DNA from: Desulfurococcaceae archaeon
Lineage (GTDB): Archaea > Thermoproteota > Thermoprotei_A > Sulfolobales > Desulfurococcaceae
NCBI GenBank assembly: GCA_038845865.1
Contig: JAWBQJ010000004.1
Coordinates: 77,689-141,688 of the forward strand
DNA: 64,000 nucleotides
Direction of reading: 5' to 3'
Every line of letters begins with the position of its first letter. The first letter of the stretch is position 1. Below are positions 17,599-26,364 of the stretch, piece by piece. The translations under genes and the position numbers were made by a program. Below the pieces are notes generated by a model, which saw nothing but the letters and a program-made list of their open reading frames with translations, searched no databases and was not told the DNA's origin.

Positions 17599-19932
17599 CT
17601 ACCCTGTTTCCTTGATCTTGAGTGACGCCGCCACAACCTGCCCGAAAGCAAGACCGCCGTCGTTAGGAGGTATCCTTCTCGGTAAGTAGGGATATAGGCC
17701 TTCTTCCCTTAGCCTATCCCGAATACCCCGGTGCATGAATTCGTTCACGGACGCGCCTCCCGACATGACGACGTAATCCACCCTCGTGCCCTTAATAGAA
17801 GCTAAGAGTAGGCTACCAATAGCATTTCCGAGAGAGTAGAGAAAGCCTCTCGCAAGTGAGGGGGCATCGTACTTGGACCTGTGCTCTACGAGCCAGTCAA
17901 CCGCGCTGTCATAGTCGAGCCTGTACACGTCACCATCTCTGCGGACCTTGAAGTGGTCTATCACGATGACATTGCTACCTCTCCACGCCTCCGCTTCCAG
18001 CCATATGGCTGGTTCTCCCTCATACGTTCTCTCAATGCCCGGGTTGAGAATAGACGCCACGAGGTCGAGAAGCCTGCCCGTACTAGAAGCTGGGGTATAT
18101 CTCTTAAGCTTTACCAGGGTATGCGCAGCCTTGCACTCGAACACCTCCTTCCCGTTCCTGACGTTCATGTACTTCAGGATTTCAGCGAGGTCGACACCTC
18201 TGAGAGAATAGTACGCGCATAGTAGCCTAAGGGGTATGTACGTATCCCTGTCACCAGTAAGAGGGAGGGGGTTTATGGAAGCTATTCGTTTAAAGCCGTA
18301 AGACTCCGTGTTAAAAACCACTACTTCGCAACCCCATATGGTCCCATCGGTACCCCAACCGACGCCGTCTGTTGCTATACCGGCGACCGTGCCTTCCAGT
18401 CCGTTGTCCACTGCAGCTCCCAGAACGTGAGCGTAGTGGTGCTGTATCTCGATCCACGGCGAGGATCTCAGCTTGGCGTATTCTAGCCCTAAGCGCCTGG
18501 AGTGGAGTTGAGGGTGCATGTCTACTACTATGTAGGGCTCATTTCTCAATCCAATATTGTAGTTCCTCGCGAGGAAGTCCACGTACTTCAGCATTTCTTT
18601 CTGTGCTTGAATGGAGTCTAGGTCACCAATGTACTGGGTTAAGACCACCCGGTTTTCGAACCCAACCGCACCCGCGGAGGCTAGATCTCCACCGAAAGCT
18701 ATGAATTCCCCTCCAAGGTCTCTGTTGAGGTTTATCCACATTGGCGCGTATCCCCGGCTTCTACGGATCATTAGGTACTGATCGCCCGTCTTCCTGATAA
18801 CACTGTCGTCTACCCTGTTCACGATTACCCGGTCGTGTACGAGGAAGTAATCGACGATCCTGGATAACCTCGACTTCGCGCACTCCTCATCCGTACACAT
18901 CGGTTCGCCTGACACGTTTCCACTAGTCATTACCAGGAACTTATCGCGGGTGTTCATTAGGAGTAGGTAGTGTAGCGCGGTGTAGGCCACGAAAACACCT
19001 TCGTGGTACAGGCCCGGAGACACGTACTTCGAGACGGGAGAACCTTCTTTCTTGGGGAGTAGGAGTATGGGTGCTTGGGGAGAGTTTAAAAGGGCCTCGT
19101 CCACCTCATCCATGTGGACAAGGTCCCTTAAGACATCGGTATTGAGGCCCATGATGGCGAAGGGCCGGTGAGGCCTTTTCTTCCTCCTTCTTAATTCCAG
19201 TACTACGTCATCGTTTGAAGCCAGGGCGGCTATGTGATACCCTCCAATACCCTTAACCGCCACAATGAAGCCTTCATCGATGAGCTTTGAAGCCTGATAT
19301 ACTGGGTCTTCGGAATCTACTAGTTTGAAGTCCTTGTCAAGTAGATATGCACGAGGTCCATCTCTCGGGCAACTAATGCCCTCTGCGTGGTAGCGCCTTA
19401 AATTGCCGGGGTCATCGTACTCGCGGAGGCACTCATCACACAGTACGTACTTGTTCATTGCAGTGTTTTCTCGGTCATATGGAACCCTGTATATCATCGA
19501 GAACCTTGGACCACACCAAGCACATGAATTGAAAAGGTACCGGTACCTCCTGTTTTGGGGGTCTAATACCTCAGCGAGGCAGTCCTTGCAGATCGCGAAA
19601 TCAGGCGGGATGTTCGACCTCGCAATAGCGTTTAAGTGACTTTTCTCGATGCTGAAATTCGTGTATCCACGAGGTTCCTCGATGGACATGTATACCTGGT
19701 CAAGAAGTGCGACCACGGGCTTGTCCTGGTGAAGGGCAAGTAGAAACTCGTAGACCCTGTCTTCGGGGCCCTCAATCCATATTTCGACCTCGCTTCCACC
19801 TACGTTTCTCACGTACCCGTAGATGTCAAGCCCGGTAGCCAGTCTCGATACGAAGGGCCTGAACCCAACTCCCTGCACAAGGCCTATTACTAGTAGCCGT
19901 ACCGCTATCTGCTTCTGGTTTTCGTAGCTCAT
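17599..19932 (-). CDS. hypF: [NiFe]-hydrogenase maturation carbamoyltransferase HypF
   Basis: 777 aa with an acylphosphatase domain, two zinc-finger units, a YrdC-like domain and a Kae1-like domain. It sits immediately upstream of the hydrogenase operon. Confidence 0.9.
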   Translation of the reverse strand: MSYENQKQIAVRLLVIGLVQGVGFRPFVSRLATGLDIYGYVRNVGGSEVEIWIEGPEDRVYEFLLALHQDKPVVALLDQVYMSIEEPRGYTNFSIEKSHLNAIARSNIPPDFAICKDCLAEVLDPQNRRYRYLFNSCAWCGPRFSMIYRVPYDRENTAMNKYVLCDECLREYDDPGNLRRYHAEGISCPRDGPRAYLLDKDFKLVDSEDPVYQASKLIDEGFIVAVKGIGGYHIAALASNDDVVLELRRRKKRPHRPFAIMGLNTDVLRDLVHMDEVDEALLNSPQAPILLLPKKEGSPVSKYVSPGLYHEGVFVAYTALHYLLLMNTRDKFLVMTSGNVSGEPMCTDEECAKSRLSRIVDYFLVHDRVIVNRVDDSVIRKTGDQYLMIRRSRGYAPMWINLNRDLGGEFIAFGGDLASAGAVGFENRVVLTQYIGDLDSIQAQKEMLKYVDFLARNYNIGLRNEPYIVVDMHPQLHSRRLGLEYAKLRSSPWIEIQHHYAHVLGAAVDNGLEGTVAGIATDGVGWGTDGTIWGCEVVVFNTESYGFKRIASINPLPLTGDRDTYIPLRLLCAYYSLRGVDLAEILKYMNVRNGKEVFECKAAHTLVKLKRYTPASSTGRLLDLVASILNPGIERTYEGEPAIWLEAEAWRGSNVIVIDHFKVRRDGDVYRLDYDSAVDWLVEHRSKYDAPSLARGFLYSLGNAIGSLLLASIKGTRVDYVVMSGGASVNEFMHRGIRDRLREEGLYPYLPRRIPPNDGGLAFGQVVAASLKIKETG

Positions 19933-19975
19933 TAAGCCATCTACCTTGTCGCGGTGAAGCTATCGTCACTGCTAG

Positions 19976-20668
19976 CTACTCATTACTCGCCCGCCGCTGG
20001 TAGCGCTTAGCATCACCGACTACCCAGTACTCGCCATCCGACCTCCTTTCAAGCTTAAAGATCGGTACTTCTTTCTTAACTCGTTCGAGTATATTGCGCG
20101 TTGCATTTAATGCTGAAACCCTATTCTGGGCAACGGTGGCTATTATGACCGTCACGTCTCCGGGTTTACGCTTACCGAGGTAATGCCACAACACTACGGC
20201 ATTTAGGCCGTGCTTTTCAGCCTCTTCGTGGGCAATCTTTTCGAGCTGTTTGAGTGCAACACTATTTACCGCGCTGTATTCGAGTTCGTAGACCTCGTGA
20301 TCTTCAACGTATTTCTTAACGAAGCCTACAAAAACGCTCAAAGCGCCTGCTCCGGAATTCATTAACCCTTTCAACAGCTGGTTGAAGTCTACTTCCGAGT
20401 CCTCGTCGAGGATTTTGACGTCAACGAGCCTGCCACCACCAGAAAAAGGAGGGGCTACGTGCACGGTGGTGTCTCTATCTATAACGTAGTTTTCATCCAC
20501 GACCTTGTCGTCTACGATTACGAGTTTTTCGAGATCTCGAGGCAGGGTGTACCTTTCTTCCAGGATCCTTAAGAGCTCTCTAACGGTTAAAGGCTCTTTA
20601 AGCTCTAACTCTATTTCGTTTCCAAGGACATCTTTGAATACCGAGTAGGTTTTAATCACGACCTTCAA
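19976..20668 (-). CDS. MoaD-MoaE fusion (molybdopterin synthase sulfur carrier fused to catalytic subunit)
   Basis: The N-terminal ~78 aa form a ubiquitin-like MoaD/ThiS fold ending in FSGGG. A MoaE-like domain follows. Confidence 0.7.
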   Translation of the reverse strand: MKVVIKTYSVFKDVLGNEIELELKEPLTVRELLRILEERYTLPRDLEKLVIVDDKVVDENYVIDRDTTVHVAPPFSGGGRLVDVKILDEDSEVDFNQLLKGLMNSGAGALSVFVGFVKKYVEDHEVYELEYSAVNSVALKQLEKIAHEEAEKHGLNAVVLWHYLGKRKPGDVTVIIATVAQNRVSALNATRNILERVKKEVPIFKLERRSDGEYWVVGDAKRYQRRASNE

Positions 20669-21119
20669 CGCTCACCTCCCGTTTTATTTTCTCCAGGACC
20701 TTGATCTCCGTGATCTCCGTGTACGGGTACCCACCTTTCTCGTCTTTCTCGTACTTCTTAACCATATCCCACACGTTGAGGAGTGCCACGGCAACGCCTA
20801 CTAAAGCCTCCATTTCAACCCCCGTTTTCGCGGTTGTCTTAACCTTGACGTAGACTTTAACACCATCGTCTTCGACGTTGAACTTCACGTCCACGCCCGT
20901 AATCGGGATGTTGTGAGTTAAGGGTAGTATGTGCGGGGTTTGCTTGACTGCGTTTATGGCTGCAACGCTTGAAATCGTTAAAACATCGCCTTTCTCGACC
21001 AGGTTTCTCTTAATAAGCTCTACCGTGTCGCGCTTTAACCTGATAAACCCCGTCGCTGTCGCCTCTCTGTAGGCTTCATTTTTACTGGTTACGTCGATCA
21101 TCCTGGCCGACACCACCAC
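20652..21119 (-). CDS. moaC: cyclic pyranopterin monophosphate synthase MoaC
   Basis: 155 aa with the MoaC family pattern. Confidence 0.85.
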   Translation of the reverse strand: MVVSARMIDVTSKNEAYREATATGFIRLKRDTVELIKRNLVEKGDVLTISSVAAINAVKQTPHILPLTHNIPITGVDVKFNVEDDGVKVYVKVKTTAKTGVEMEALVGVAVALLNVWDMVKKYEKDEKGGYPYTEITEIKVLEKIKREVSVEGRD

Positions 21120-22044
21120 CCACCTCTAACTTGAAGTAGGGCATTCTAAGCTTCACTACCTCGTGAAGCGCGTTCATCAACCCTTCTCTGTCCCTCGCCT
21201 TAACACTCTTTAACACACATACCTTTAAGTCTTCAACGTAAAGGCACGGCTTCAAATACCCGTCCGGCGTCAACCTTAGCCTAGAACACCTACTACAAAA
21301 CAGGTAATTCCCATACCCAATGACGACCTCGACTTTTATACCGCTGGCGAGAACGTAGACGGGCCTGTTGTGTAGTTCCCTGTAGTACTTAGCCGCGCTG
21401 TTTCTTTCCAGGAAGTCCACGATGGAGCCCAAGAACACGTGTTCTCGCCTATAGGTATCTAGTGGTACGCCGAGGGGTATGAGCTCTATCAGGTTGACGT
21501 CTAGACCGTTCTCCTCTGCAAACTCCAGTACCTTGAAAAACTCACCTAGGTTAGACTTCATTGCCAGGAAATTTATCTTAACCTTAATGCCGTACTTGAG
21601 GGCTTCTTTGACCCCTTCAACAATCCTGCTCACCGGCACGTAGCTACCGGTAACGTATTCGTATAGAGCTTTACTAAACGCATGTAGGCTTACGTTCAAC
21701 CTATCTAAACCGGAATCTGCGAGGAGCTTCGCCTTCTCAAGTAGTAGTGAGCCGTTCGTGACCAGGGAGAGTTCGCGTGCGTGCGGTTTTATGCTCCTCA
21801 CTATATCAGCTATATCGTCTCTAAGCAGTGGCTCCCCTCCACTGATTTTGTAGAATTTAATGCCCACGCTACTGGCGACTTCCGCTATGAAGCCGTAATC
21901 TTCGGCGTTCAGCACCTCCTCCGCGTGCCCTAGAACGCCCTCACTATGACAAAAAATGCACTTGTAGTTGCACTTGAGAGTTACGAGTATTCTAAGGCTG
22001 TCAATAACCCTTCCATACGGGTCTTCTAGCGTGGTGGTAAGCAT
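21082..22044 (-). CDS. moaA: GTP 3',8-cyclase MoaA (radical SAM)
   Basis: Contains the CNYKCIFC radical-SAM cluster motif and a GGEPLL motif, with the MoaA C-terminal domain. Confidence 0.9.
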   Translation of the reverse strand: MLTTTLEDPYGRVIDSLRILVTLKCNYKCIFCHSEGVLGHAEEVLNAEDYGFIAEVASSVGIKFYKISGGEPLLRDDIADIVRSIKPHARELSLVTNGSLLLEKAKLLADSGLDRLNVSLHAFSKALYEYVTGSYVPVSRIVEGVKEALKYGIKVKINFLAMKSNLGEFFKVLEFAEENGLDVNLIELIPLGVPLDTYRREHVFLGSIVDFLERNSAAKYYRELHNRPVYVLASGIKVEVVIGYGNYLFCSRCSRLRLTPDGYLKPCLYVEDLKVCVLKSVKARDREGLMNALHEVVKLRMPYFKLEVGGGVGQDDRRNQ

Positions 22045-22118
22045 TAAGTGAACCCCAATGGCCCGCTATCTATTTTACTGGTTGAAGTATTAATCCTTAA
22101 CTACGTAATATGTAGCGC

Positions 22119-23030
22119 GTGGGGTCGGGCTTGAAACCAGAAATAGAGTGCTTAAGGTGCATTCTATCAACCAGGCTTAAGGAAGTAGAACAAGCCGGTG
22201 TCAACGCTAAGTTAAAATTAGAGTTCGCGAGAAAACTAGCATTAAAAGTGCTCGAAGGGTTTAGTCTTGACGCAGAGTTAACGGAGCTCGCCTCAGAGTT
22301 CTTCAGGTATGTGGCTCTAAACGTTCCAGGCGTCGTGGAGTACTACAGGGCGCTGAAGAGCGCATCGAATAGAAGGGCACTTGAAAACCTTCCGCTGCAC
22401 ATGGAGTACGCCTCAAGGCTTGAAGGCTTTAAGAAGTTTAACTACTTGGTTAGACTATCGGCGGTGGCTAACCTCGTTGACTACGGGGTTGCAGATCATA
22501 AGCCCCTCGAATACGCAATGACCCCTCACTTCGTGGAAGGATACGCCGTCTACAAGGATGACTCTCGCCTCCTATACGACCTGGTCGTAAGGGGTAGCTT
22601 GAAGATCGTCTGGCTCTTCGATAATGCGGGCGAGGCGGTATATGATACCCTGCTGATAAGCGAAATTAGGAAGTGGGGTAACGCCGTCTATGGCCTCGTA
22701 AAAGATGAGCCCGGGTTTCAGAATGACATTTCGCTAAGTGACGTAGAGCAGCTCAATTTAGGTAAGCTGGTTGACGGGATTAAGAGTTACGGTTGTAGCT
22801 GTTCAAGCATACACTTGAACCACGTCAGCGAAGGGGTGCGAAGCCTGATCGCGGAGTCTGACCTCGTAGTAGCGAAAGGGATGTCCCATTTCGAGTACCT
22901 CTCCGACATTGACCTCGGAAAGCCCGTGGTATTTATACTAGTCCCAAAATGCGATCCCGTAGCTAGGCGGATTGGAGAGGGATCTAGAGGGAAGATCGTG
23001 ACTATATGGAGGAGTGGGGGTGCTCATTAA
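22119..23030 (+). CDS. DUF89/ARMT1-like metal-dependent phosphatase family protein
   Basis: 303 aa with a conserved DNAGE motif (LFDNAGEAVYD). Confidence 0.6.
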   Translation: MGSGLKPEIECLRCILSTRLKEVEQAGVNAKLKLEFARKLALKVLEGFSLDAELTELASEFFRYVALNVPGVVEYYRALKSASNRRALENLPLHMEYASRLEGFKKFNYLVRLSAVANLVDYGVADHKPLEYAMTPHFVEGYAVYKDDSRLLYDLVVRGSLKIVWLFDNAGEAVYDTLLISEIRKWGNAVYGLVKDEPGFQNDISLSDVEQLNLGKLVDGIKSYGCSCSSIHLNHVSEGVRSLIAESDLVVAKGMSHFEYLSDIDLGKPVVFILVPKCDPVARRIGEGSRGKIVTIWRSGGAH

Positions 23031-23380
23031 TGCTCGTCGTGGAAAGGAGTGGTAAGGTTGTAAAGGTGAGGCGGCCGAATATGGATGACATATGTAACGC
23101 CGTTTACGCGTTAACGCAGTTAATACCAGTCGGCTATGTGACTAGCTACGGGCATATTGGAAAAGTCCTGGGCATACATCCACGTGTTGTCGCACGTTGC
23201 CTAAAGATCAACAAGAACGTAATCGTCGTGCCGTGTCACAGGGTGGTATACGGTTCGCGCGAACTAGGCGGGTACAGCGGCTTTGGTACAGACTTCAAGA
23301 GAAAAATACTCGAGCTCGAAGGAGTGACCTTTAAAGACAACAGGGTAGTGGCCAAGCACTTCGTCGATCTCCTCCTATAG
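23006..23380 (+). CDS. ogt: methylated-DNA--protein-cysteine methyltransferase (Ogt/MGMT) DNA-binding domain protein
   Basis: Contains the PCHRVV active-site motif. Confidence 0.75.
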   Translation: MEEWGCSLMLVVERSGKVVKVRRPNMDDICNAVYALTQLIPVGYVTSYGHIGKVLGIHPRVVARCLKINKNVIVVPCHRVVYGSRELGGYSGFGTDFKRKILELEGVTFKDNRVVAKHFVDLLL

Positions 23381-23487
23381 AGCGCGCAGCTACTTTGCCT
23401 TGAAGCGGCTATCCGCGCGCCTCTACATTAATTACTTTAGTGCCAATTAAGTAATCCCGGAACCCAGTATAATCGTGGGTGTAGCGC

Positions 23488-24003
23488 GTGGAAGGCAAAG
23501 AAGAGCCCCTATGCCTCAAGGTAGTGGTCGTGAGCGACCGGGTTGCCGAGGGTTCATTAACCGATGTGAGCGGGGAGCTAGCCGTTAAGGCGCTGAGCGG
23601 TAAGGGCGTGTGCGTTAGCGGAAAAGTAGTAGCTAGAAACTCTTACCGAGAACTAATGAAGGTTCTAAGGAGCTCGCGGGAAAGAGTGCTGTTGTTTTTA
23701 GGGGGTACGGGGCCGAGTCCGCGCGATATAACTGTTGACGTCGTTGAAAATGTAGCATGGCGGTGTTTACCCGGGTTTGGAGAGCTCTATAGGTACATGT
23801 CCTACCAGAGAATAGGAATCAACGCCATACTAACTAGGACTACGCTGTGCATACTGCATGATGGGAAAGTAGCCGTTGTCTTACCCGGCTCACCCGACGC
23901 CGTAGCTCTCGGCGTTGAACTATTATCCCAAGTCATAAATCACCTAGTTGAGGAGGTTGATAGGTTTGAAGCCCCTCACGGGGACTTACCTGAAGGCCGG
24001 TGA
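23488..24003 (+). CDS. mogA: molybdopterin adenylyltransferase MogA/MoaB family
   Basis: 171 aa with a GGTG motif (LFLGGTGPSPRD) and a MogA-like fold pattern. Confidence 0.8.
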   Translation: MEGKEEPLCLKVVVVSDRVAEGSLTDVSGELAVKALSGKGVCVSGKVVARNSYRELMKVLRSSRERVLLFLGGTGPSPRDITVDVVENVAWRCLPGFGELYRYMSYQRIGINAILTRTTLCILHDGKVAVVLPGSPDAVALGVELLSQVINHLVEEVDRFEAPHGDLPEGR

Positions 24004-24727
24004 TAGCGGAGACCGTTGTGTAGTTGGGTTCGACGTGTGGGGGACGCTACTAGACCTCGAAAGGGTGTTAAAGGCGATTGCGCGAAGTGTTGCTTACGCC
24101 ACTGGCCTAGACCTGGACATAGCTACACGGAATGTCTTCAAAGCACACGAAGAGGCGAAGAGCGTGAGGCGTAAGAACCCGGAAATGCCTGTCAACGAGC
24201 TGTTTAACGTATCGAGGAGGCTGCTAGCAATGGCCTTTAACACCAGTACCGGAGAAGTGGATCAGCTGATTAGGGGGGCTTTTGAAACAGCTGGTACTGA
24301 CATCTTGTACGGTGACGTAGTAGAGGCTCTCGAGGCCCTTAACCATGCCGGTGTTGAAACGGGAATAATAGGGAACGTGCTGTTCTGGCCTAGCACGTAC
24401 ACGAGGCTGTTACTTAGAAAACTAGGTATATCGAGGTACTTCAAGCAGTGCGTTTTCTCTGATGAGGTTGGGATCTCGAAGCCCGATCGCAGGATCTTCC
24501 TGCTCTTCGCGGGAAGGATGGGCGTTGACCCGAGCAGGTTTATCTACGTTGGGGACAACGTGGTAGAGGACATTGGAGGCGCGCTTTCATCGGGCGGTGT
24601 AGGTGTGTTGATTTCGAGGCGCCGTACCGAGAAAAAGTACGTGCCGGAGCTACGAGTAGCGCTAATAAGCAATCTCAGAGACCTAGTAGAAGTGTACGAT
24701 ATATTCTGTGGACTGCGACTCGATTAG
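23948..24727 (+). CDS. HAD-superfamily hydrolase
   Basis: Motif I is DxxGTL (GFDVWGTLLD). The true start is probably downstream of the annotated one, which would avoid the overlap with mogA. Confidence 0.65.
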   Translation: MRRLIGLKPLTGTYLKAGDSGDRCVVGFDVWGTLLDLERVLKAIARSVAYATGLDLDIATRNVFKAHEEAKSVRRKNPEMPVNELFNVSRRLLAMAFNTSTGEVDQLIRGAFETAGTDILYGDVVEALEALNHAGVETGIIGNVLFWPSTYTRLLLRKLGISRYFKQCVFSDEVGISKPDRRIFLLFAGRMGVDPSRFIYVGDNVVEDIGGALSSGGVGVLISRRRTEKKYVPELRVALISNLRDLVEVYDIFCGLRLD

Positions 24728-25355
24728 GGCCGGGGTGTCAATAACGATGAAACTGGCCATGAAAGACGGCATTGTTTACGAGGCAGTGCTAACAGCAATG
24801 TACATGAACGAGCCGTACGCGGCTCCCGTTGGATTCAAGAAGAAAGGCAATTTCGTGGAGATTAAAGCGTACAAGAACAGTAGGTTATTCGATGTGCTAC
24901 TATCGTGTAATGTCGTCGTCCTCAACATCGTTCATAAACCACAGTTATTCGTGAAAACTGCCTTTAAACGCGAGCGCGTCTTAGAGTTCGATGCCAACCG
25001 GGAGATCGCAGCCATGCACGGTCTACCAGTACTAGCTGAGGGCGTCGGCTACGTTGTCCTAGAAAGGGCATCTGTAGTAGATTACGGAGAACATGTTATT
25101 GCCGTGTACGAAGTTAAGAGCACTGAATTCAACAACTACGCGGAGGTGGAACCATACACTAGGTGCTACGGTAGCCTGGTGGAATTCGCAGTTTATGCAA
25201 CAAAAGTCAGAGACGTTAAGGACTCTGAAAAGAAGATTCAATATGCTAAAAAAGCCGAAGAGGTGCTGGAGATTATTAACAAGACGTGTAATGAGGAGTA
25301 CATAGACGTGGCAAAAAGGCTCTGGGTGCTCGTTAACACATGGCTAGGAAAATAA
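24708..25355 (+). CDS. hypothetical protein (DUF447-like, possible FMN-binding split barrel)
   Basis: 215 aa. The family call is weak. Confidence 0.4.
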   Translation: MDCDSIRAGVSITMKLAMKDGIVYEAVLTAMYMNEPYAAPVGFKKKGNFVEIKAYKNSRLFDVLLSCNVVVLNIVHKPQLFVKTAFKRERVLEFDANREIAAMHGLPVLAEGVGYVVLERASVVDYGEHVIAVYEVKSTEFNNYAEVEPYTRCYGSLVEFAVYATKVRDVKDSEKKIQYAKKAEEVLEIINKTCNEEYIDVAKRLWVLVNTWLGK

Positions 25356-26290
25356 CGATAGAGGCCCCATCCAGGCTCCACCTAGGTCTAGTTAATCCCT
25401 TTAACAAAGACTACAGGCTCTACATTGCCGTGGGGGTGGCAATTGACCGGCCACAAACGGTGATCAGCGTCTACGTTGACGACCCGATATCAATTGAAGG
25501 CTGCAGATCCAGCGAAGTATACACCCGGATAAAACCCATTGTCGAGGAATACGGCCTGAAGCGTGGCCGAGTAGTCATAGAAAAATGCGTACCCGTGCAC
25601 GTTGGTCTCGGTTCAACTACGCAGCTTCTGCTTTCAGTGGCGCACGGGTTAATGCTTTCTAACGGCTTAAACCCCGACGTTGCAGAGATAGTGGAGATGG
25701 CTAAGAAGATCGGTCTCGGGAGGATTTCAGGAGTGGGTACGTACATATACATGTATGGAGGGCTCGTTGTGGACTCTGGTAAGCGGCATGAAGCGGATTT
25801 CCCGCAACTACTGATGAGGTTTGAAGTACCGGAAAGCTGGAGATTTGTAGTGGCCATTCCCGCTGGAACAGGGCTAGATGAAATACGTGAGAGAGAGGTG
25901 TTCGAAGCCAGGGAAGAGGTGCCGGGCGAGGTAATCTGGTACGCATCTTATACGTTGTTCGCAGAGCTCCTCCCCTCGCTACTCGAGGGCGAGTTCGAAC
26001 TATTCGCAAAAGCCTTAACGAAATTCCAGGAAACGGTTGGCAAGATGTTTAGCAAGTATCAAGGAGGCGTCTTTGCTCAGCACTCCGCAGCCGTTATCAA
26101 TAAAATGAAGGAACTCGGCTTAGTGGGGGTTGGCCAGAGCTCGTGGGGCCCCACTGTTTATGGTATAACGGATACGCACGAAAAGGCCGTTGAGGTCTCC
26201 AGCAAGCTTAAGGAGGTGTTTGACGGGTTACACGTGTTCGTTGCAAGGCCCAGGAACAAGGGCGCGGTAGTGAGGTTCGTAGTAGAGTAG
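25340..26290 (+). CDS. GHMP-kinase family protein, beta-ribofuranosylaminobenzene 5'-phosphate synthase-like
   Basis: The N-terminus IEAPSRLHLGLVNPF and the GHMP fold match beta-RFAP synthase-type proteins. Confidence 0.55.
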   Translation: MARKITIEAPSRLHLGLVNPFNKDYRLYIAVGVAIDRPQTVISVYVDDPISIEGCRSSEVYTRIKPIVEEYGLKRGRVVIEKCVPVHVGLGSTTQLLLSVAHGLMLSNGLNPDVAEIVEMAKKIGLGRISGVGTYIYMYGGLVVDSGKRHEADFPQLLMRFEVPESWRFVVAIPAGTGLDEIREREVFEAREEVPGEVIWYASYTLFAELLPSLLEGEFELFAKALTKFQETVGKMFSKYQGGVFAQHSAAVINKMKELGLVGVGQSSWGPTVYGITDTHEKAVEVSSKLKEVFDGLHVFVARPRNKGAVVRFVVE

Positions 26291-26364
26291 TAGGCATTCA
26301 GCTAGGCCCGTCAATTCATCCCGAAAAAGGTCATCCCTTCCAAGCTTCATCCTCGAAGCTATTA

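Noticed and set aside
23381-23487. GC-rich inverted gcgcgc elements after the ogt stop
   Set aside because: The 6-bp self-complementary hexamers have a 26-nt loop. Archaeal termination does not need hairpins, so this is not convincing as a functional element.
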